Position numbers and translations under genes: made by a program
The notes under the pieces: model-generated
What the model was told of the DNA's origin: nothing
Database searches by the model: none
The model's input: only the letters and a program-made list of their open reading frames with translations
NCBI GenBank assembly: GCA_043748965.1
Contig: JAYVEF010000206.1
Location: 630 to 64,629, forward strand
Direction of reading: 5' to 3'
DNA length: 64,000 bases
Source of the DNA: Burkholderiales bacterium
Lineage (GTDB): Bacteria > Pseudomonadota > Gammaproteobacteria > Burkholderiales > Burkholderiaceae_D
Shown here: positions 61,138 to 64,000 of the stretch, one piece after another
Position numbering within the stretch: position 1 is the stretch's first letter
Layout of the letters: every line of letters begins with the position of its first letter

Positions 61138-61971
61138 TCAAATTATAAAAGCACTGGCGCCGAAACGTGTGAGTAACGGGTGGGCTGGGTCACCGCTGGC
61201 CAACACGATCTTGGTCAGTGCATCCGCCATCATGCAGGACGGAGCCATGACGGTGGCGCTTGCGGCGCTGGTGATGGCGGCACCGTTGCGACCATCGATC
61301 AGCGCACTGACGGTTTTTTTCTGCACTTGACGGCGCGAAAAGTAGGTCGCCGAGGTGGCTAGCGCGCCGTTAGCCAGCGCTACCTGCATGGCGGGTTCGC
61401 CAATCGATTGCGGATTGCGGATCGCGACCGAAAACGCAGTGTCACCGAGCACCCGCAAGTCACCGCCGGCGTTCACGCAGCCGGAGGCGACGCCGGCCTG
61501 CAGCAAGGCATCGACGGCTTGATCGACCGCGTAGCCTTTGGCGATACCACCCAGGTCGATGATCAGCGCTCGGGTCTTGCAGACGCGGTTTTCGCCTACG
61601 AATGTCAGGGCTTGTGCCAGCACATCGGCGCAGAAAGGTGGTAGTGAGACATCGTGCCGTGGCAATAAATTCCACTGCACCAATTTGCTAGCGCAACCGA
61701 GGTTGAAGATCGATCCACTGGCCTTGGTCAGCATCTGGCCCGCTTCGATGACTTGCATGGTGTGCGGGTCGATCTGTATCACGCTACCGACCGGCGCCCG
61801 GTTGATACGCGCGATGTCGCTGTCTTGCGAGTGGAAACTCATCAGCCGGTGAACCTGCGCAACCCGCTCGAACGCATGCGCAAACAGCGCGCGCAATTGG
61901 GCGTCGGGCAGTGGATCGGCGATGCTTATGGCAACCAGCGTGCCGAGCCAGGGCTGGGCACGTCGCTTCAT
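61138..61971 (-). CDS. apbE: FAD:protein FMN transferase ApbE
   Basis: LGT, SDIARIN, DLGGIAKGYAVD, VNAGGD, ATS, ADALTK; no signal peptide. Confidence 0.93.
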   Translation of the reverse strand: MKRRAQPWLGTLVAISIADPLPDAQLRALFAHAFERVAQVHRLMSFHSQDSDIARINRAPVGSVIQIDPHTMQVIEAGQMLTKASGSIFNLGCASKLVQWNLLPRHDVSLPPFCADVLAQALTFVGENRVCKTRALIIDLGGIAKGYAVDQAVDALLQAGVASGCVNAGGDLRVLGDTAFSVAIRNPQSIGEPAMQVALANGALATSATYFSRRQVQKKTVSALIDGRNGAAITSAASATVMAPSCMMADALTKIVLASGDPAHPLLTRFGASAFII

Positions 61972-62522
61972 TTTCTTGGCATCGGCAGCGCAACCTGCAC
62001 CACCGCTGCGATCCGTCGCACGCCGTCTGTCACGTGGGTGGCCGACAGCGTCGCGCCACTAATATTGGCGATGCCTTCGCCAACCGTCAGCCCCGCCTGG
62101 ACGGATTTGCCGGCAAACTGCTGGCGCCACGCAGCATTGCGAATTTCAAACCCATGGCTTTCGCGATAAGCCAAGATTTCAATCTGGCCAACCGTGGCGT
62201 CGCGATTCATGCCCACCGCATACGAGATCAGCTCGTATTTACCGACTACGTCGTCGAACACCACATATCCCAACAGAGTCTCGCCATGCCACGCCGACAT
62301 GACGCGCCACTGCACCGAGCGAGCCGGCAAACCGGACAATTTTTCAACCTGACGCATTTGCTCGGTGGAGAGTGCCAGCAGTATCGGTTTGAACCCGGTA
62401 GCGTCCTGAAACAGTACGTGCTGCGCTTCATCAATACTCAGATATTGCGTCGCAAAAGCGCTGCCGCTGGCTGTAATCGCGCAGACGCCTAGCACCGCGG
62501 CGCGGGTCGGCAGCAGGCTCAA
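61968..62522 (-). CDS. Exported FMN-binding (flavinylated) domain protein
   Basis: Signal peptide; YRESHG, W..QF.GK, flavinylation motif ISGATLS. Confidence 0.88.
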   Translation of the reverse strand: MSLLPTRAAVLGVCAITASGSAFATQYLSIDEAQHVLFQDATGFKPILLALSTEQMRQVEKLSGLPARSVQWRVMSAWHGETLLGYVVFDDVVGKYELISYAVGMNRDATVGQIEILAYRESHGFEIRNAAWRQQFAGKSVQAGLTVGEGIANISGATLSATHVTDGVRRIAAVVQVALPMPRK

Positions 62523-63808
62523 AACGCGTAACCCATGCCTAGATTCAGGCGGTCGCGGCTGGCGTCTTCTCGAAACTTTTGATAGTCGGTTTTTAACACG
62601 ACGCCTTCACCCACCCGAAAATTGGCGCCGACAGTGGTGACTTTTTCGGTCGGCCCAGGCGCCACGCCAAAACCCGCCGGCAGAGCCGCATAGCTACGGG
62701 CAGTGTTGAACTGTTCGTAGCGTACGAATGGTGACAACGTGTAGTCATTGGTCTTCCAGGCTTGATAGGCGGCCTGCGCATACCAGCCGTCGAACGATGA
62801 CGGGATCGGCGTCGGGATGCCGACAAAGGTCAGATTCAGGGCATCAGTATTACTGATGGCGCCGCGCGCATACACCGTCGAGAGGTCCCATTTTCCGGGA
62901 GTGTAGCGGGCGTGCAGATCCCACAGCGTGACGCGGGCGCCGGGTGCGGCAAAATTGGCAGCGGCATGGCTGGCCTTGCCACTGAAAATCGAACCGCCAA
63001 CCAGTAATCCCGGCATGCCGCGCCAGTTCAGTGCAGCATGCACGCCAAGGTCGTGTGACTTGGCGAGCTGGCCTTCCTGATGAATGCTGCCGAGTGGCGA
63101 CTGTCGACCGTCGGTTGAGGTCGCGTCCCATTTGGTCAGATCGAATCCGGTGGTCACGCCGAGATCCCAGCTGAGACCATTATCCAGTGTCGACGACAGA
63201 CCCAGCCCGGCTTCACGCCAGGTCGACGGAATGATCGCGGTTTCGACGAAATTGCGCTCGACGCCATAAAACGCAGTCGGTTCATGGTTTGTGTTGAGGA
63301 GGCCGGCCGGCATCAGGAACAAGCCCGCCTTGGCGCGCAGGCCAGCATTTAGCTCACGCTCAATGTACAGTTGTTCGACCGCAGCTTCGCCCTTGTCGGT
63401 AGCCGATGTGACAGCATGTTCCCACTCGAATTCGGTGATTAGCTTGGTCTTCGGATCGAACCGGTGCTCGATTCCGATGACGGCGCGGCGCACATCGGTC
63501 CTGGCCTGACTTGAATCCTGGCGTGGCCGGTTGTAGTTTACTTCACCATAACCGGACAACACGGTTTGCGGTGCGCCAGAGGTATCGGTAGTCGCATTAC
63601 TGGCGGCTGCTGCGGTCTGATTTTGCGACCGTACGTCGGCTTCGTCGCTGCGACGTTTGCTGACGGCCAGTTCCGCTTTGACCTGCTCCAGTTCGGCGGC
63701 AAGTTTGTCGAGGCGTTGCATCAGTTCGGCCTCGCTGGCGTGGACTGCCAGTGGTGCTCCCAGCAGCGCCAGCGCAACCGCACGGGCAAGCACAGTTTTG
63801 GTGATCAT
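62519..63808 (-). CDS. Outer-membrane beta-barrel (OprO/P-like porin) with N-terminal coiled coil
   Basis: Signal peptide, coiled coil, GYGEVNY, EFEWEH, HEPTAFYGVERN, IIPSTWRE, C-terminal GYAF. Confidence 0.82.
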   Translation of the reverse strand: MITKTVLARAVALALLGAPLAVHASEAELMQRLDKLAAELEQVKAELAVSKRRSDEADVRSQNQTAAAASNATTDTSGAPQTVLSGYGEVNYNRPRQDSSQARTDVRRAVIGIEHRFDPKTKLITEFEWEHAVTSATDKGEAAVEQLYIERELNAGLRAKAGLFLMPAGLLNTNHEPTAFYGVERNFVETAIIPSTWREAGLGLSSTLDNGLSWDLGVTTGFDLTKWDATSTDGRQSPLGSIHQEGQLAKSHDLGVHAALNWRGMPGLLVGGSIFSGKASHAAANFAAPGARVTLWDLHARYTPGKWDLSTVYARGAISNTDALNLTFVGIPTPIPSSFDGWYAQAAYQAWKTNDYTLSPFVRYEQFNTARSYAALPAGFGVAPGPTEKVTTVGANFRVGEGVVLKTDYQKFREDASRDRLNLGMGYAF

Positions 63809-63990
63809 GGGGCAGCCTTATGGAAAGTTATTGTTAGCCGGCACGGAAAATATTCGCCAGCGCGCACATGTCAGATCCCCTTAAGGGGCTCAGCCGATGT
63901 GATGGCCGGCTGGTACGTGCGCGTCGGCGGCATGCACGTGGAATTCAAAACAGTGCTTGCATCGATGGCAAACAAGTTGGATTCGATCTG

Positions 63991-64000
63991 CTAATGATAA
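63991..64000. promoter_or_regulatory. Partial Fur-box-like sequence cut by window end
   Basis: TAATGATAA matches the left part of GATAATGATAATCATTATC, about 185 bp upstream of the barrel gene. Confidence 0.35.

Noticed and set aside
1-64000. CRISPR arrays, tRNA/rRNA genes, IS elements, prophage or anti-phage defence genes
   Set aside because: No regularly spaced repeats, cloverleaf signatures, transposase/integrase motifs or recognisable defence domains seen by inspection; a covariance-model scan was not possible.

Overview
GC-rich (roughly 60%) chromosomal window of a betaproteobacterium. The gene set and order (glnS, alaS, etfBA-acyl-CoA dehydrogenase, rpsP-rimM-trmD-rplS-Nudix-cobD-DUF3579, Burkholderiales-type porin) point to Burkholderiales, probably Oxalobacteraceae (inference). 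About 60 CDSs are supported. I saw no tRNA, rRNA, CRISPR array, integrase or transposase. Most of the window is housekeeping. The accessory modules that stand out are: (i) a stand-alone Pls/PosA-type membrane NRPS-like homopolyamide synthetase (9773-13774); (ii) directly upstream on the same strand, a tagH-PP2C-Ser/Thr kinase-tssQ operon, i.e. a T6SS-type threonine-phosphorylation switch with no T6SS structural genes in the window; (iii) a four-gene operon at the right edge encoding an outer-membrane barrel, an FMN-binding protein, ApbE and a four-His cytochrome b-like protein, with a partial Fur-like box, a candidate flavinylation-based metal reduction/uptake system; (iv) a kinase-less Crp/Fnr plus two-response-regulator stress island; (v) a fluoroacetate-dehalogenase-type hydrolase coupled to cinA. 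Several cis-elements (ArsR operators, FadP/LiuR-like boxes, a structured rplS leader) and two candidate small proteins were read directly from the sequence. All family calls are by motif recognition; no database searches were run.
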